A stretch of DNA of 63,516 nt, filler included, from Globobulimina sp. (GCA_003354225.1; 28 parts of 28 records of this genome joined end to end with filler, not necessarily neighbours in it), one strand, 5' to 3'; positions 24,383 through 37,050 are shown, counted from the first letter of the whole stretch. Made by a program: numbers and translations. The notes: generated by a model not told the origin, from the sequence alone.

Positions 24383-24745
24383 TTATTCAACAAATGGAGG
24401 TAAATCATCACTGCAAATTGACTGCCTATCCTTCGCAACAACTTCTATTTCAAACACTTTCTCATTTTCGACTAGTACCTCATTTAATATATTTCCGATA
24501 AACCTTAACCGCTCACTATCTACACCTATATCATCATCATCATCATCCTCCTCATCGTCGCCATACTGTTGTAATGTATATGTAATTTCTACGGTATCCT
24601 CCTCCACATTTTCATAATTTGGAATAGATTGTTGTACTGACTGTACATTTGTTTTTCGAGTCAAAATCATTTCTGTAAAATCGACAGTATCCAAATGTTT
24701 GTTCTGTCGATGTTTTAAGTTTGCTTCAAATTCTTCGTTTCCGTC
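24383..24745 (-). CDS. Acidic C-terminal fragment of an unknown gene, cut at its 5' end by the repeat copy
   Basis: Frame stays open up to the repeat junction; no ATG start before it. Confidence 0.4.
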   Translation of the reverse strand, partial: DGNEEFEANLKHRQNKHLDTVDFTEMILTRKTNVQSVQQSIPNYENVEEDTVEITYTLQQYGDDEEDDDDDDIGVDSERLRFIGNILNEVLVENEKVFEIEVVAKDRQSICSDDLPPFVE

Positions 24746-24906
24746 TCTTTAGAAAAGTATCACTTTGAATCTTTTTAGGAAAAAATGGATCGCCAAACGA
24801 ATCATTTTGTCAACCAAAACGAATCAAAAAAATTTCACAAGTTTTTTTGATTCGTTTTTAGCTGAAACAATCCGTTTTTAGACTTTTAGACGAATCACGG
24901 CGTATT
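24746..24906. repeat. Second direct copy of the 161-bp repeat segment
   Basis: Nearly identical to 22791-22951 (about 3 substitutions). Confidence 0.9.
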
Positions 24907-25153
24907 NNNNNNNNNNNNNNNNNNNNNNNNNNNNNNNNNNNNNNNNNNNNTTAATTAATTAANNNNNNNNNNNNNNNNNNNNNNNNNNNNNNNNNNNNNN
25001 NNNNNNTAGTTTTCAAATGACAATAATTTTTATTTACAAGTTTTGAAAAGATGACTACAAGTAAATTGATAAAAAATGTTACAACGCAAACAAAAAAAAA
25101 TTAATATTTTTTAATAATAATACTTTCTGTTTAATAGCTAAGGGGGAATATTG

Positions 25154-27178
25154 TTAATAATCATTAGCTCCATAACTAACAACATCATTATTTCCATTTA
25201 AAAGTAACGTATATTGATGTCCTTTCTTCATATGTCTTAATCTCGATAAACAACCAATAAATACCAACATGACAACGAATAATAATGCAACAAATAAATA
25301 TGTAAATGTAGATTGCTGCGAATTATTACTATCATTCTCATTATCTACAGCCACATCTGCGGTATTTGGTGGCTGCCATTTATTTAAATATAATGATTTT
25401 AATTCAATCGACTCAATCTTTAACCTTTCAAATCCTTCTTTAATTAGATCAAAATATTCCGCCTCAGATAAAAATGGCGTAATAAATACGCCGCCGCCGT
25501 CATCATAAACATTGTTATCTGGATCGCCAATCTCCAATCTATCCCACAGAAAATCGAGTGGTTCATGGAACAATTCATCATCACACATACCATCGAATAA
25601 TTGCACCGCATACTTAACAATCTCATGCTGGACCGGATCCTTTTCGCCATTGAATAATAAATTACTTTTTTCCGGTACATCAATGCTTAAATCAAATAAA
25701 TATTTACCATCAACAGCTTGTGACAAAGGAATATCCGCCGCATACCGCAACATATTATGCGCATCGCACCATCCATCGACCTTATTATATCTCCATTTAT
25801 CAATCGAGCTGTCCTCCGCAATATATTTATACAAATGGCCATTGGTTGGATATATGAACACAGCCGATGCGCTTTCCAATGATTGCAAACCGACATTTAA
25901 TATGATATGATTTCTTTTGTCATGCCCCATGTCGCCATGCATTATCATTTCATACTGATTTAAACCGTCCCACCACTTATTATCCTCGTCATAAATATCA
26001 TTGATTGTACTAAAAATGCCGGCAAATCGCAATAATGTCGGCGTCCAATCTAATGCACTAAATAACGAATTTCTTTTTGTTCCTTTTGCACTTTCTGGGA
26101 TCACACCGCCTGCGATCAACGCAATTGTCCGGGTATTACCATCAAACAAAGTGCCTTTTGTGCCGCGGAATGGATAATTACATCCTCCCTTTTCTATATC
26201 TGCTCCATTATCAGTCGAAAATATTACTAATGTATTCGACCACAAATCATCATTCTCGCGCAATTTATCCATTATCTCACCAATAATATCATCGGTATAC
26301 AACGTATTTGTGCAATATTTCATTTTGGCGACGGCTTTTAACAGATCTTGGCATTGTGGCTCATATTTCGAGATCTCAATCATTGGCACATGCAATGTCT
26401 GCAACGCGGCAAATAAGAAAAAGGGCTCAACATTGCCATTCTCAATATTCTCATCGACATATTCAAATATTTGATCCCGGAACAAATCCATTGTATTAAA
26501 CTCCGAATCCTGCTCTGTCAAAGAAACGCATGTTTCTCCATCTTGAAAGAAGTCATAATGCGCAGTGTCACCAAACTCGATATCGGCATATTGCAAGGTA
26601 TCATAACCGATGGCACCTTGATAAAACCCATAAAAATGGTCAAAGCCCCGGTTTGTGGGCGTAAATGCATCGATGGCGTAGCCCATATGCCATTTGCCCA
26701 CAGCGTACGTCTTGTATCCTCCAATCGATTGTAGCCAGTTTGCGATGGTTGGCTGACCAATGGGAAGGCCGCCGATTTCCGTATAATCCCAAGGCAGCAT
26801 TTTGCCAAACCCCATCTTGTGCGCATACCTTCCGGTTATAAACTGTGAGCGCGACGGACTGCACATTAAATGCGAATAATGTTTCTCTAAACTTATCGAC
26901 TCTGCGTATAAAGCATCTATGTTTGGGGTGGGATAGGCGCCGCCATTATAACTCACATCGTTCCATCCAACATCATCCATCAAAATAAATACAATATTTG
27001 GCGCCCTCCACGTATTATCATCAGATATGGCTGCGGTTTTGGGCGTATCCAATTTATTTAAATTATAATTACTGTCTGACACTATTGGATCTGGAGCTGA
27101 TGCATGCAAAAACCATCTATTCTCATCAGATTCGAATCTTTGGGCTGGACACCAATCAGATTCAGCAGCGGATAATGA
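25154..27178 (-). CDS. Arylsulfatase B-like (S1, formylglycine-dependent) with C-terminal TM helix, 5' truncated
   Basis: PNIVFILMDDVGW, CSPSRSQFITGR, GKWHMG, RGFDHFYG, STDNG, PFRGTKG; TM segment FTYLFVALLFVVMLVFIG. Confidence 0.95.
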   Translation of the reverse strand, partial: SLSAAESDWCPAQRFESDENRWFLHASAPDPIVSDSNYNLNKLDTPKTAAISDDNTWRAPNIVFILMDDVGWNDVSYNGGAYPTPNIDALYAESISLEKHYSHLMCSPSRSQFITGRYAHKMGFGKMLPWDYTEIGGLPIGQPTIANWLQSIGGYKTYAVGKWHMGYAIDAFTPTNRGFDHFYGFYQGAIGYDTLQYADIEFGDTAHYDFFQDGETCVSLTEQDSEFNTMDLFRDQIFEYVDENIENGNVEPFFLFAALQTLHVPMIEISKYEPQCQDLLKAVAKMKYCTNTLYTDDIIGEIMDKLRENDDLWSNTLVIFSTDNGADIEKGGCNYPFRGTKGTLFDGNTRTIALIAGGVIPESAKGTKRNSLFSALDWTPTLLRFAGIFSTINDIYDEDNKWWDGLNQYEMIMHGDMGHDKRNHIILNVGLQSLESASAVFIYPTNGHLYKYIAEDSSIDKWRYNKVDGWCDAHNMLRYAADIPLSQAVDGKYLFDLSIDVPEKSNLLFNGEKDPVQHEIVKYAVQLFDGMCDDELFHEPLDFLWDRLEIGDPDNNVYDDGGGVFITPFLSEAEYFDLIKEGFERLKIESIELKSLYLNKWQPPNTADVAVDNENDSNNSQQSTFTYLFVALLFVVMLVFIGCLSRLRHMKKGHQYTLLLNGNNDVVSYGANDY

Positions 27179-27278
27179 NNNNNNNNNNNNNNNNNNNNNN
27201 NNNNNNNNNNNNNNNNNNNNNNTTAATTAATTAANNNNNNNNNNNNNNNNNNNNNNNNNNNNNNNNNNNNNNNNNNNN

Positions 27279-27928
27279 CTGACCAGGTCTCTATTTGCAT
27301 TAAATTGGAACAGGAAGAATTGCTCAGTGACGAGAAGGAGGACAATGAGTACAAATTCAATGGTGTACAGTCGCGTTATTTCTTACAGTCAAAGATTGGA
27401 AATCTATTCCAGTTTTATATCGAAGAAAGCAAATTTAGATTGCCTTCGCATCAAATACCGGTCATTATGATCTCTGTGGGTGCGGGTTTGGCGCCATTTG
27501 CTGCGTTCATCGATGAGGGCGATGCGCAGATCCAAGCACAGAATAAAACGAATAAGAAAGATTATGGACAGTGGTGGCTATTTTTTGGCTGTAGATACAA
27601 AAACGGTGATTATATTTATAAGGAGAAATTGGAGCAATCGTATAAGGATAAGAATGGTGTGATTGATGAGTTGAAAGTCGCCTTTTCGAGAGAACAGGAG
27701 AAAAAAGTGTATGTACAACATTTAGTGGAAGAAAGCCAGGAGGAATTATGGCAATTGATTCATGCGAAAAGGGCGAAAATTTATGTTTGTGGTGGAGTGG
27801 CGATGGGGAAAGCGGTCAGAGAAACGTTTACTAAAATATTTACATTCTATCACAAAGATAAAGATGGACATAAATATCTCGATACTATGCTTAAAAAAGA
27901 TCAGTATGTACAGGAATTATGGGGATAA
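27279..27928 (+). CDS. NADPH-cytochrome P450 reductase / diflavin reductase C-terminus, 5' truncated
   Basis: FRLP...PVIMISVGAGLAPF, LFFGCR, AFSRE..KKVYVQH, IYVCG, terminal YVQELWG. Confidence 0.9.
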
Positions 27929-28100
27929 CAGTAAATGCTATTTAACACGTCACTATTTTGTACACTTTAACAGTTTGTTTACACTTTCTATAATTAAATT
28001 AAATAATTATTATGTATGGAAAAGTTTTGTTAAATTAAATAATTGTTTTGTTAAGTTTTGTCATGGAAAAGTTTTTGCAAAGCTGACAAAGTTCGGACAT

Positions 28101-28606
28101 TTACAATTCCTTAGCAACATGTAGTTTTCTCAATGATTGCAATTCCTGTGCATTTGTGCCTTGTTCGACTTGCATCAATTGTTCAAATAGCTCATCATGA
28201 GCAAAGTTATACGCTTTTAGTATTTGTTGTTTTGCATTCACATTGCTATTCTCTTCATCGTTATTCTCCGATATCGATTCCTCATCAAAATTCACTATGA
28301 TTCGAGGTTCAGTCTCAATTGATTTGGAATGTTGCACATAAATTCTCATTTTAGGATTCCAATATCTCACAACGGGCAGATGATAGTGAACAAACCATCT
28401 TTAATTTCATTTGCAAATCAACACCATACAAATTATGAAATTTATAGAAATTTTCTAGCAACGCACCTCATATTTTTATGACTCTTTGGATATTCAACAC
28501 GAATTGCTTTTATATTTCTAAAATAAAACTCATCCATTTTCAATCCTCTATTCAATCTTTCCGGATGAAACCTAACAACTCCATATCCTCTCGCTAAATA
28601 CGACAT
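28101..28606 (-). CDS. L51/S25/CI-B8-domain protein (mitoribosomal mS25-like)
   Basis: ATG at 28606, intron 28399-28466; RWFVHYHLPVVRYWNPKMRIYV motif. Confidence 0.6.
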
Positions 28607-28671
28607 TATTCCTCACACAAAAAAAAACCTTTTACTACTAAACATCTAAAACTCTCAGCTTGGACATCAAA

Positions 28672-29450
28672 ATGTCAACCGACGATAGACCCAAGCGAAG
28701 GAAGAAGAAAACACCGACGCCGGGCCCGGCATCGCCTAACGCGAAAGCTAAAGCCAAACGCAAATCATCATCGTCGAGCCGCTCCGCCTTTCCCTCGGCA
28801 GAAATGTCAACTGTAGTGATGAAAAAAAAAATGATTGAGTACGAGACTCAAATTAAATCGTTAACCCGCGACAATAAAGTGTTAGCGCGCAAAATCGAGA
28901 GAATGGAAGGTCTGTCGGGTAAGAAAAACAAGAAAATCGAATCAGAGAAAGATATGCGGCTCAATGCCAATAAAGAACGTTATTGGTTGAAGGCGAAATT
29001 AGATCGCTTACAAAAAGCCATCGAAGCACGTTTGAAGATGTTAGGCATCGACTTCTCGAATATTAGCGATCTCGGCGAAGCCTTAGAAGCCGCTTTTATG
29101 GCTATCCAGAAATTAGCCGCTGAGGTATATAATATATAATATACAACATCTAAAACGATAACACGCACAATCGCACACACACAAAATATACAATATACAC
29201 ACCACAGTTAGCTAAAAAAGAGGATGAATTGGCGGCTATGGGCAGCAAATGGGAGCGATCCAAGAAAGAACACGAAGACGCCATGCGTGAAATGGATAAA
29301 TTAAACCGACGCATTGCCAAAGCCAAGAATGCCAACGAAGACTTAAAGAAACAAATGGCGGACAAAGACCGTCGATTATCTCAGATCGGCGCACAAAAAG
29401 ACTCGATGAGCGATAAAGAGAAGAAGTTGCAAAATGAAATCGACAAATTA
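28672..29450 (+). CDS. Coiled-coil protein, 3' truncated
   Basis: Basic N-terminus, then heptad-rich sequence; intron at about 29125-29207. Confidence 0.65.
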
Positions 29451-29601
29451 NNNNNNNNNNNNNNNNNNNNNNNNNNNNNNNNNNNNNNNNNNNNTTAATT
29501 AATTAANNNNNNNNNNNNNNNNNNNNNNNNNNNNNNNNNNNNNNNNNNNNCTTAAGATCAATGCAAGTTATAAATTAAATTAAGTACATTCATACAAAAT
29601 A

Positions 29602-30534
29602 TTAATCACTATGATTGTCCACCTGATTACGACGTATAGTCGTATTATTTTCATCAAATTGATATCCGCCATCATTCCATCTATCACTAAATACATTTTT
29701 ATTACTATCCATATCCATTATTGATTGCGTTGATGATGATGTGGTTGTTGTTGTTGGTAGAGTTGGAATTGATAGTTTCTGTTTACTTTTTATATTCTCA
29801 TTCTCCATATCCATTGGTCGCACAATATCTTCCTCATCTCCATCGATATCATGATTATATTCATCGTCATTATCACTGACACTCTCTACTGGCTGCACTA
29901 CACATTTTTGCTCAATTTCCTGTTGTTTCTCCTCCATTTTTACTACGTCAACATCGTTCATATCATCATCAATCTTCTCCGTAATTTCATTGTTTTTATT
30001 GTTATTTTCCTCATTGTCAGCAACATCCACATTGCCATTCTCCACAACATCAATTATAACAATTTCCTGTTCGTTAGCCTCATTGTCTGAGTTTTCTGCA
30101 TTTTCTGTCTGTGCTATTTCTAATTTATAGCTTGAGTCAACCAACACAATGCCTGTATTATCGATTTTGATTGGAATGGATTTGTTTGTATTTTGTGTGT
30201 TTGTATCTGCAGCATTTGTGTTTCTGATTGATTTGACAGCTGCCATTGTTACTTTCTCTTCTTGTTCTTGCGAATATATTACAACGTTCATATCGGAGGG
30301 GGTCATTGGTTCTGTTTCATTCACGGTTTTGGTAATAATATCTGTGTCTAATTTAATTTCAATTGCTTTTTGTTGTTCAGTGGGTGCTATTGGAGAGTGA
30401 TTCAGTTTATCATAACTATGTTGTTTAGGTTTTTTTTTACTGCAAAAATACCATAATATTAAACCAAAAACAATAACTACCGCTATTGCTATAATACACC
30501 CTACAGTAATAGCTTCTGTTTCTGATAAAGCCAT
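29602..30534 (-). CDS. Single-pass membrane protein with long acidic disordered tail
   Basis: MALSETEA + TM helix + KKKPK positive-inside cluster. Confidence 0.65.
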   Translation of the reverse strand: MALSETEAITVGCIIAIAVVIVFGLILWYFCSKKKPKQHSYDKLNHSPIAPTEQQKAIEIKLDTDIITKTVNETEPMTPSDMNVVIYSQEQEEKVTMAAVKSIRNTNAADTNTQNTNKSIPIKIDNTGIVLVDSSYKLEIAQTENAENSDNEANEQEIVIIDVVENGNVDVADNEENNNKNNEITEKIDDDMNDVDVVKMEEKQQEIEQKCVVQPVESVSDNDDEYNHDIDGDEEDIVRPMDMENENIKSKQKLSIPTLPTTTTTSSSTQSIMDMDSNKNVFSDRWNDGGYQFDENNTTIRRNQVDNHSD

Positions 30535-30770
30535 TGTCACTGCAGAGGTTTTGTTTTTTACAGTTTTCAACTGAACTTCTAAACTGTAAAAATCAAAAGA
30601 TAACCACCCCTGGCCCTGAGAATATGTCATTTCTTGCGAATATGCACAGCAAACTAATGCGAACTGTTATTTTCAACGCACTTTGAGAAAAAGAACACAT
30701 CTTTGAACAAAAAAAAAAAGGTTTTCAGAGTGTAACGCTCCTCTTATTTTGTTTGGTAATCTTTTCAATA

Positions 30771-31722
30771 ATGTCAATCCACATTGGAGATGCAGTCTTA
30801 GTTCACATCAATGATGAATCTCATTCACAAAGAATAGGAGTTCTTGAATGTATGTATACATACATGCATATATAATGTATATATATATATATATACGCGT
30901 ACATCTCCAATCTACATTTAACTTTGTTTTGTCACGTTTAATAAACAAACCAAAAACATCACCAGATATCGGCTACATTGATAGTAATAACCAATCTAAA
31001 TTTGTTGGCATCAATTTAGTAGAAACTGTAGAAAATGGACACAATGGGACTATCAATGGAATGCAGCACTTTTCAGCGCCACCAGGACATGGCATATATG
31101 TCAGAAATGAAAATATTATCAGAAAATTAAACTGTACCGAAATCACTATGAAAATGCAACAAATTATTATTTTATTTAAAAAACGTTTGCGTCAATATAT
31201 AGTCGCCTTATCTGAACGTGATGAGTACATCGAAGAATTAAAAAGTTCCCGACGGCGCTTAAAAAAAATATTAAACAAATCTAAAAACCGTTCATCTTCC
31301 AATAATAAGTTATTACACACAATCGAAGGTATACTTATATCGCACTTTTCGCACATAACTCGACCACAAATCTGACACTATAAACATCAAAAAAAACCTA
31401 CAGAATTAACCGCTCCTCCTCCGATTTCAATGTCAGAATTAACAGATGAATGTACATCATATCCAGCAGGAAAGCAGAAAAAATATAAAAAAGCGTCGGA
31501 ATATACAAAATACAGCGACAAACATAGCAATATCAATAGTATTTCGTGCGAAATATCGGATACCTCATCATATACTGACACTAGCTCAGAAAATGAGAAT
31601 GGGCCCTTAAGCGACGAGGATATGACATGGTGCGACGATGGTTATTGTTCGAGCAAAAAATGTAACGCCTCAACCATATCAATCTCGACCCGCTCCAGAC
31701 AAAGCAAACAAAACTCAATCTC
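30771..31722 (+). CDS. CAP-Gly domain protein, 3' truncated
   Basis: IGDAVLV..GVLEYIG..FVGINL...GHNGTINGMQHF.APPGHGIYVR after splicing introns 30850-30965 and 31329-31403. Confidence 0.8.
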
Positions 31723-32478
31723 NNNNNNNNNNNNNNNNNNNNNNNNNNNNNNNNNNNNNNNNNNNNTTAATTAATTAANNNNNNNNNNNNNNNNNNNNNN
31801 NNNNNNNNNNNNNNNNNNNNNNTGCATATTTGTTGTTTGTGGGAAATATTTGGATGAGATTTAAAATGATTACTATTTAATTGGGTTGCTCCAGTTATTG
31901 AGGCACGACGTAATTATAATGATACTCACTTCGATTCAGTTAATTATCGCGGCCGTTATCTCAAAAGAACCCTCATGTGAGTTACACATAAATTGCGGTA
32001 ATCGATTTTAAGTGATACGTATTTTGATTTGCTTTAATTTTTGTTTTTGTAGTTTTGTACTGTGATATATTGAGGCACGATGTAATGATATCGATACTGT
32101 ACTAAGTGTGCTTAATAATTCGTGTATGCAACAAACAAATGTGAAGGAACAACCATTCACCAGACTTGTAGACGTCTGCTTTTGTCTTTGTCTTCGGTTT
32201 TAGGTATGATTAATTAATGAAGGATGGAGTCGACATACTAAAGTGACTTTTATAGAGTAGTCAAATAAAAGTTTTTTAGTGGCGTTTTTTATAAGTTGGA
32301 TAACATTCCACCATCCAAATCAATTATATAGCTCCTGTAATCCAACCTGATTGTTTTTTATTTGATAAATGGAAGGAGTTAAATGGAAGTTTGTGGATAA
32401 ACGTATCGTAGAATTGGATTCTTGTTTCTTGGATGTCCCTAAAAAACACTTTACTAAGTAATAGTGACTGAATGTTGT

Positions 32479-33664
32479 TTATTTTGGTAAAGGTTGCTTT
32501 GCACTGTACACGACACCATATTTTTTGTGATAATCCAGATCCACATTGATATCACTCCCTTTCTCGTCCAATCCATAATATTTTGCTAAATCAATGGTTT
32601 GTGGCTCCATCTCACCATACACAGCATCCACATCTTCCTCCTCTTCGTTTAAAACAAGCACGTTTTCTTTATCAAAATCATTTGTTATTAAATTCTGATT
32701 TTTTAAATAATCCGTATTAGATTCCAATCTTTTTTTGTTTTTGCTCTTTTTCGTATAAAATTGCGATGTTCTCTTTGCATTTTGATAATACATATCATGT
32801 TTTTGATACTTATGAATATCCATTTTGGTCAATGGCTGCGGCCATGGATCGTTATATTTTGCTCTTACTTTGCCCAAATATCCTAAATGTGACTTATTCC
32901 ACGCATTGTTTGAAATCATTAACGTTTTTCTCCATTTCCTAAATAATTGAAACTTTTCCACTTCGCATAAATTCTCAAATGGTGTTTGTATTAAATCTGT
33001 CCACCAATACCTGCGAGATTCCGGCACCAACTCCCAAACCTTTTGCATTTTAATATTTATTTTATTTTATTTTATTGAAAGTTATGGAAATTTCAATGAT
33101 AAAAACAAACCCATTCCGGATACTGATCGTCCGGCAATACTTTGGGAACATTTTTGTTTTCATGCAAAGCCAAATAATTCATATCAATCAAGTTTCCAAT
33201 GGGCAGTGGCTCAGTTAATTCATTATATAAATCCGGATTTGTTTTTTCAATGTTTTCCATAAATTTATAATACGGCGGACGTTGATCGATTTCCGTTGTT
33301 TTGGTTTTGCTGTAATCGTACAATGGTTTAAATAAAGGTTGTTCCGATTCGTTTTCATTTTTGTTGGGATTATTATATTTTGGTGCCGCATAACGACGTT
33401 TCTGTACATATTCACGTACAGAGGACAAATATTTTATTAATTCCGATTCACTGCGATTTTGTTCACCACTCTCATCTGCGAATGGCTCAATGTCTAATTC
33501 TATATATTTATTTTATTTGTTTTACGAACAGGACCAATTACAATTTACTTACCAACGTTTGATAGTTGTTCATAAGCATAGGTCAATGGTGTATTTCGCC
33601 CATGAAGTAATTTATTGGAGGCTGCGAATGCACGTTTAGTGTGTAACATTAAATTAGAACGCAT
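32479..33664 (-). CDS. Mitoribosomal protein mL54-like, extended
   Basis: Presequence-like MRSNLMLHTKRAF; introns 33500-33552 and 33040-33110; PKVLPDDQYPEWVWEL motif. Confidence 0.65.
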
Positions 33665-33682
33665 TGTGAGTTGTGACACAGT

Positions 33683-33994
33683 TTAGGAAAACCTTATTTT
33701 ATGATAAATACAACAAACACTCAAAATAAAAGAACTGGTAAGAAATCCATGTATTATGCCACCAATTAGTCCGTTTATGATTGGATTATATTCACGGTTA
33801 TTTTGTGCATGGTTATGTGTGGGAAAATAATATGTTTCATATTTTTGCAAAAGTATTTTTAGATTTGATGGACTATCCGGAGGTACAACCACACGAATTC
33901 CAGTCCGGACTGTTCTGTCGTTTCCAGATAATTTACCAATTACTATAACTGCATGGTGTGTACTGCACGGTGTAACAACACTTGTTTCTCTCAT
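33683..33994 (-). CDS. C-terminal fragment of an unknown membrane-anchored protein
   Basis: Frame open from the contig edge and ending in a hydrophobic helix. Confidence 0.4.
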   Translation of the reverse strand: MRETSVVTPCSTHHAVIVIGKLSGNDRTVRTGIRVVVPPDSPSNLKILLQKYETYYFPTHNHAQNNREYNPIINGLIGGIIHGFLTSSFILSVCCIYHKIRFS

Positions 33995-34200
33995 NNNNNN
34001 NNNNNNNNNNNNNNNNNNNNNNNNNNNNNNNNNNNNNNTTAATTAATTAANNNNNNNNNNNNNNNNNNNNNNNNNNNNNNNNNNNNNNNNNNNNATTTAT
34101 TACAATTTTTTCCAGCAAAAATTAGCGTTAATTTTTTAAGTCAAATCGCAAATGTTTTTCGTTACCAAACTTAAGCTTTATCATCACAACACTTTCTATC

Positions 34201-36001
34201 ATGCTGATAAACGCTCTTCGGAGATCAACGAAGCTACATCGTTCATTAATAGATCACAAAGTTACAATAAGACCGGCTTACCAGTCCTACAGTTTCGTAA
34301 ATACATACTATGAAATTTCTGGAATTTTCAAGAAACAAAAACAACTGCGACAGCATTATATGAAATACGGATTAATTTGTACTCCAATCGTTTATCCATT
34401 GCAAGTTGAGCTTTTAACACTGATTTCAATGCATAACACATAACACATAACAAACGGCAAATAGATGGATTTGGATTGCAATCATTATCAATTGCCGGCA
34501 CAAACACATTGTTACAACATATAAATTCTACTCATAACAGTTACAATCATTTGCATAAAAGATATCACTATGTTTCCTATGGTCGATACAGAAAATCGAC
34601 AGAAACACATAAACCAAATTGGAACAAAAAACATCTCCACGGACTACAATATGATACAAACAAAGAATTAAACCAAGTATTCGGTGCTGATTTCTCTGTC
34701 GTGGATCAGACCAAACCCGAGAAAAAGCGATTTGATTTCGAATATTTGGAGTTTTTAAAACAAAAATATCGAAATAATGCACCGAAACAACGTTCAAAAA
34801 CGAAAATTAAACTACAAAATACTGCAAAACGGCAGTTTTCCTCCGAAGCACAACCAGGCGCTCCGCTTAACAGTGGACGTTTAACAGCGCAGCAACAACA
34901 AATCATGGCCAAAGAAGATGAGATAAATCCAACCAGTTTAGGCGGCATCATTGTCATTGCCATTGGCGCCGCAATATTTTATTGGTTGTACAATATCGAT
35001 AATACCAAACATTCGGGAATTTCATCCTTTTTATCACGATTTAGTAAAACAAAAAGTATCGACGATTTTATCAACAAACAAAGCACAAAACCAATTCATA
35101 AAATACCTGACGATTGGACTGCATTTAAAGTCATTGTTGATCACATTAAAAATGCATGTTTATGTTGGTTTGATTCAAGTAAATATAATTCAGAATGGAT
35201 TTGGAGTAAATTATTCCGTTTATTTTACATTCCAAACGCAAAGTTATTACCACCTACAAAACAAACTGTATATACATTGGTGATCGACTTGGATACAGTT
35301 TGCCATTCGACATGGAGCAGAAAGGAAGGTAAAAGTTTTTTATTTTACTTTAAAAAGATTTTTCAGTGAAAAATGTTTACATTTTGTACAAACAAAAAGG
35401 ATTCGAACGTACAATGCGTCCGTTTTATAAGGAATTTATCTCTCGAATGTTTTTGAGTGGTTGGGAGATAGTAATATTTGGTCAATGTGAAGATTATGAT
35501 TGGATGGAATCTCCTGATTTTGTTAAATTGGATGGAAAGGGATATATTCAAAATTATTTATGGAATAAAGACTGTTATTATTTCAATGGGCATCGATGCA
35601 AAGATTTGAACCGTTTGGGTCGTGATTTACGGCATGTCATTGCCATTGATTCTGATGCCCGAAGTATACAAATGCAGCCACAAAATGGACTGGTTTTAAA
35701 TAAATGGAAACCTTCAAATGATAGCAATGCCCCAAATGATACCTCATTGTTACAATTAATTGAATTTCTGGAATATTTGGCAAAGGCTGAAGTGGCCGAT
35801 GTTAAACAGGTTTTGGCTGCATACCGAGGCAAAGATATTGCTCAGGAGTTTAGGAAAAGATATTTTGCTGCGGTTCAAGCACAATTACAACAGGTACAGC
35901 CACCGTATGAACCAGGCGATGATGAGGAAGAGGAACACGGACAGGAAGAGGGTGAGGAATCATATGAGGAACAAGAACAAGAACAGGAATATGCTGTATA
36001 A
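34201..36001 (+). CDS. TIM50: Mitochondrial import translocase TIM50 (NIF/FCP1-like domain)
   Basis: Presequence, one TM helix, LLPP..YTLVIDLD..HSTWSR..G..RP, KDLNRLGRDL.HVI.ID, QPQN. Introns 34292-34353, 34405-34464, 35329-35399 are all frame-consistent. Confidence 0.88.
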
Positions 36002-36844
36002 TATTACGATGTGCTGCATTTTAGACTGTATATTGTATCAAACATGTTGTGATCTCATTTGATTGGTCCATGTTACATTTTTAGTAACTCATCGAAATAT
36101 TCAAACAATCAAAAATAAATTATATAAATTTGTATATGTTCCGAACTGTTTTTAATTTTACAGCAAAAATTGTCCACAACTGAAGTCAAGCGATAGCCCC
36201 ATCTCGAAATCTGATAACCAAACATGACATGAGGTCATTTGTCCATAAGTGTTCTATTTTTTCTATNNNNNNNNNNNNNNNNNNNNNNNNNNNNNNNNNN
36301 NNNNNNNNNNTTAATTAATTAANNNNNNNNNNNNNNNNNNNNNNNNNNNNNNNNNNNNNNNNNNNNTGGAGGTACACATACTGTACATATGAAACTTGTC
36401 TGGGACAATATTCCCCTAACTAAACCCCCTCATACCTGGGTACATACACGATGTAAGAAATTTCAAATCCAAGGAATTTTTATTTGCATGTCAAAACGAC
36501 TAAAGGTGCCTTCAAGCAAATTTAGAGTTTATGGGGTCAATATCCGAGCCATAAATCTCCAAACAAATGTGTGAAAACACCAATGCATTTTTTTTTGACT
36601 TTAAACACAACCAAGTTGAACTAAAACAATCAAATCATTAACATATGGTAAGGTCCAACGCAAACAAAAATAAAACATTTTGTAGGTATACATGCGACTA
36701 CTGTTGCATAAGAACAAAACAATGGTGCATAAACTTATTTCATGTTAACAAAATTCTATTATATTTCAATTTACGGTCCGAAACCAATTTACGGTCCAAG
36801 AATAACTTCTAAGTTTTATTCAAATTGTCTCAAACCCCCTGACC

Positions 36845-37050
36845 AAATTAATTGCAAGTATTTCTCGTCTGTGATTGGTCTAAAATAACTTGCAAGTATT
36901 TCTCGTCTCTGATTGGTCTAAAATAACTTGCAAGTATTTCTCGTCTCTGAATGGTCTAAAATAACTTCAAAGTTTTTCTCGTCTCTGATTGGTCTAAAAT
37001 AACTTCAAAGTTTTTATCGTCTCTGATTGGTCCAAAATTAATTGCAAGTA
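36845..37050. repeat. Tandem array of about 5.3 x 38 bp, each unit with a reverse CCAAT box
   Basis: Unit AAATAACTTGCAAGTATTTCTCGTCTCTGATTGGTCTA; period 38 (36853, 36891, 36929...); no spacers. One unit has GAATGG. Confidence 0.95.

Noticed and set aside
22209-27928. P450 + hydrolase + sulfatase + P450 reductase as a gene cluster
   Set aside because: Each lies on a different contig; adjacency comes from size sorting.
36845-37050. 38-bp array as a CRISPR array
   Set aside because: Units are contiguous with no unique spacers, and no cas genes are present; it is a tandem repeat.
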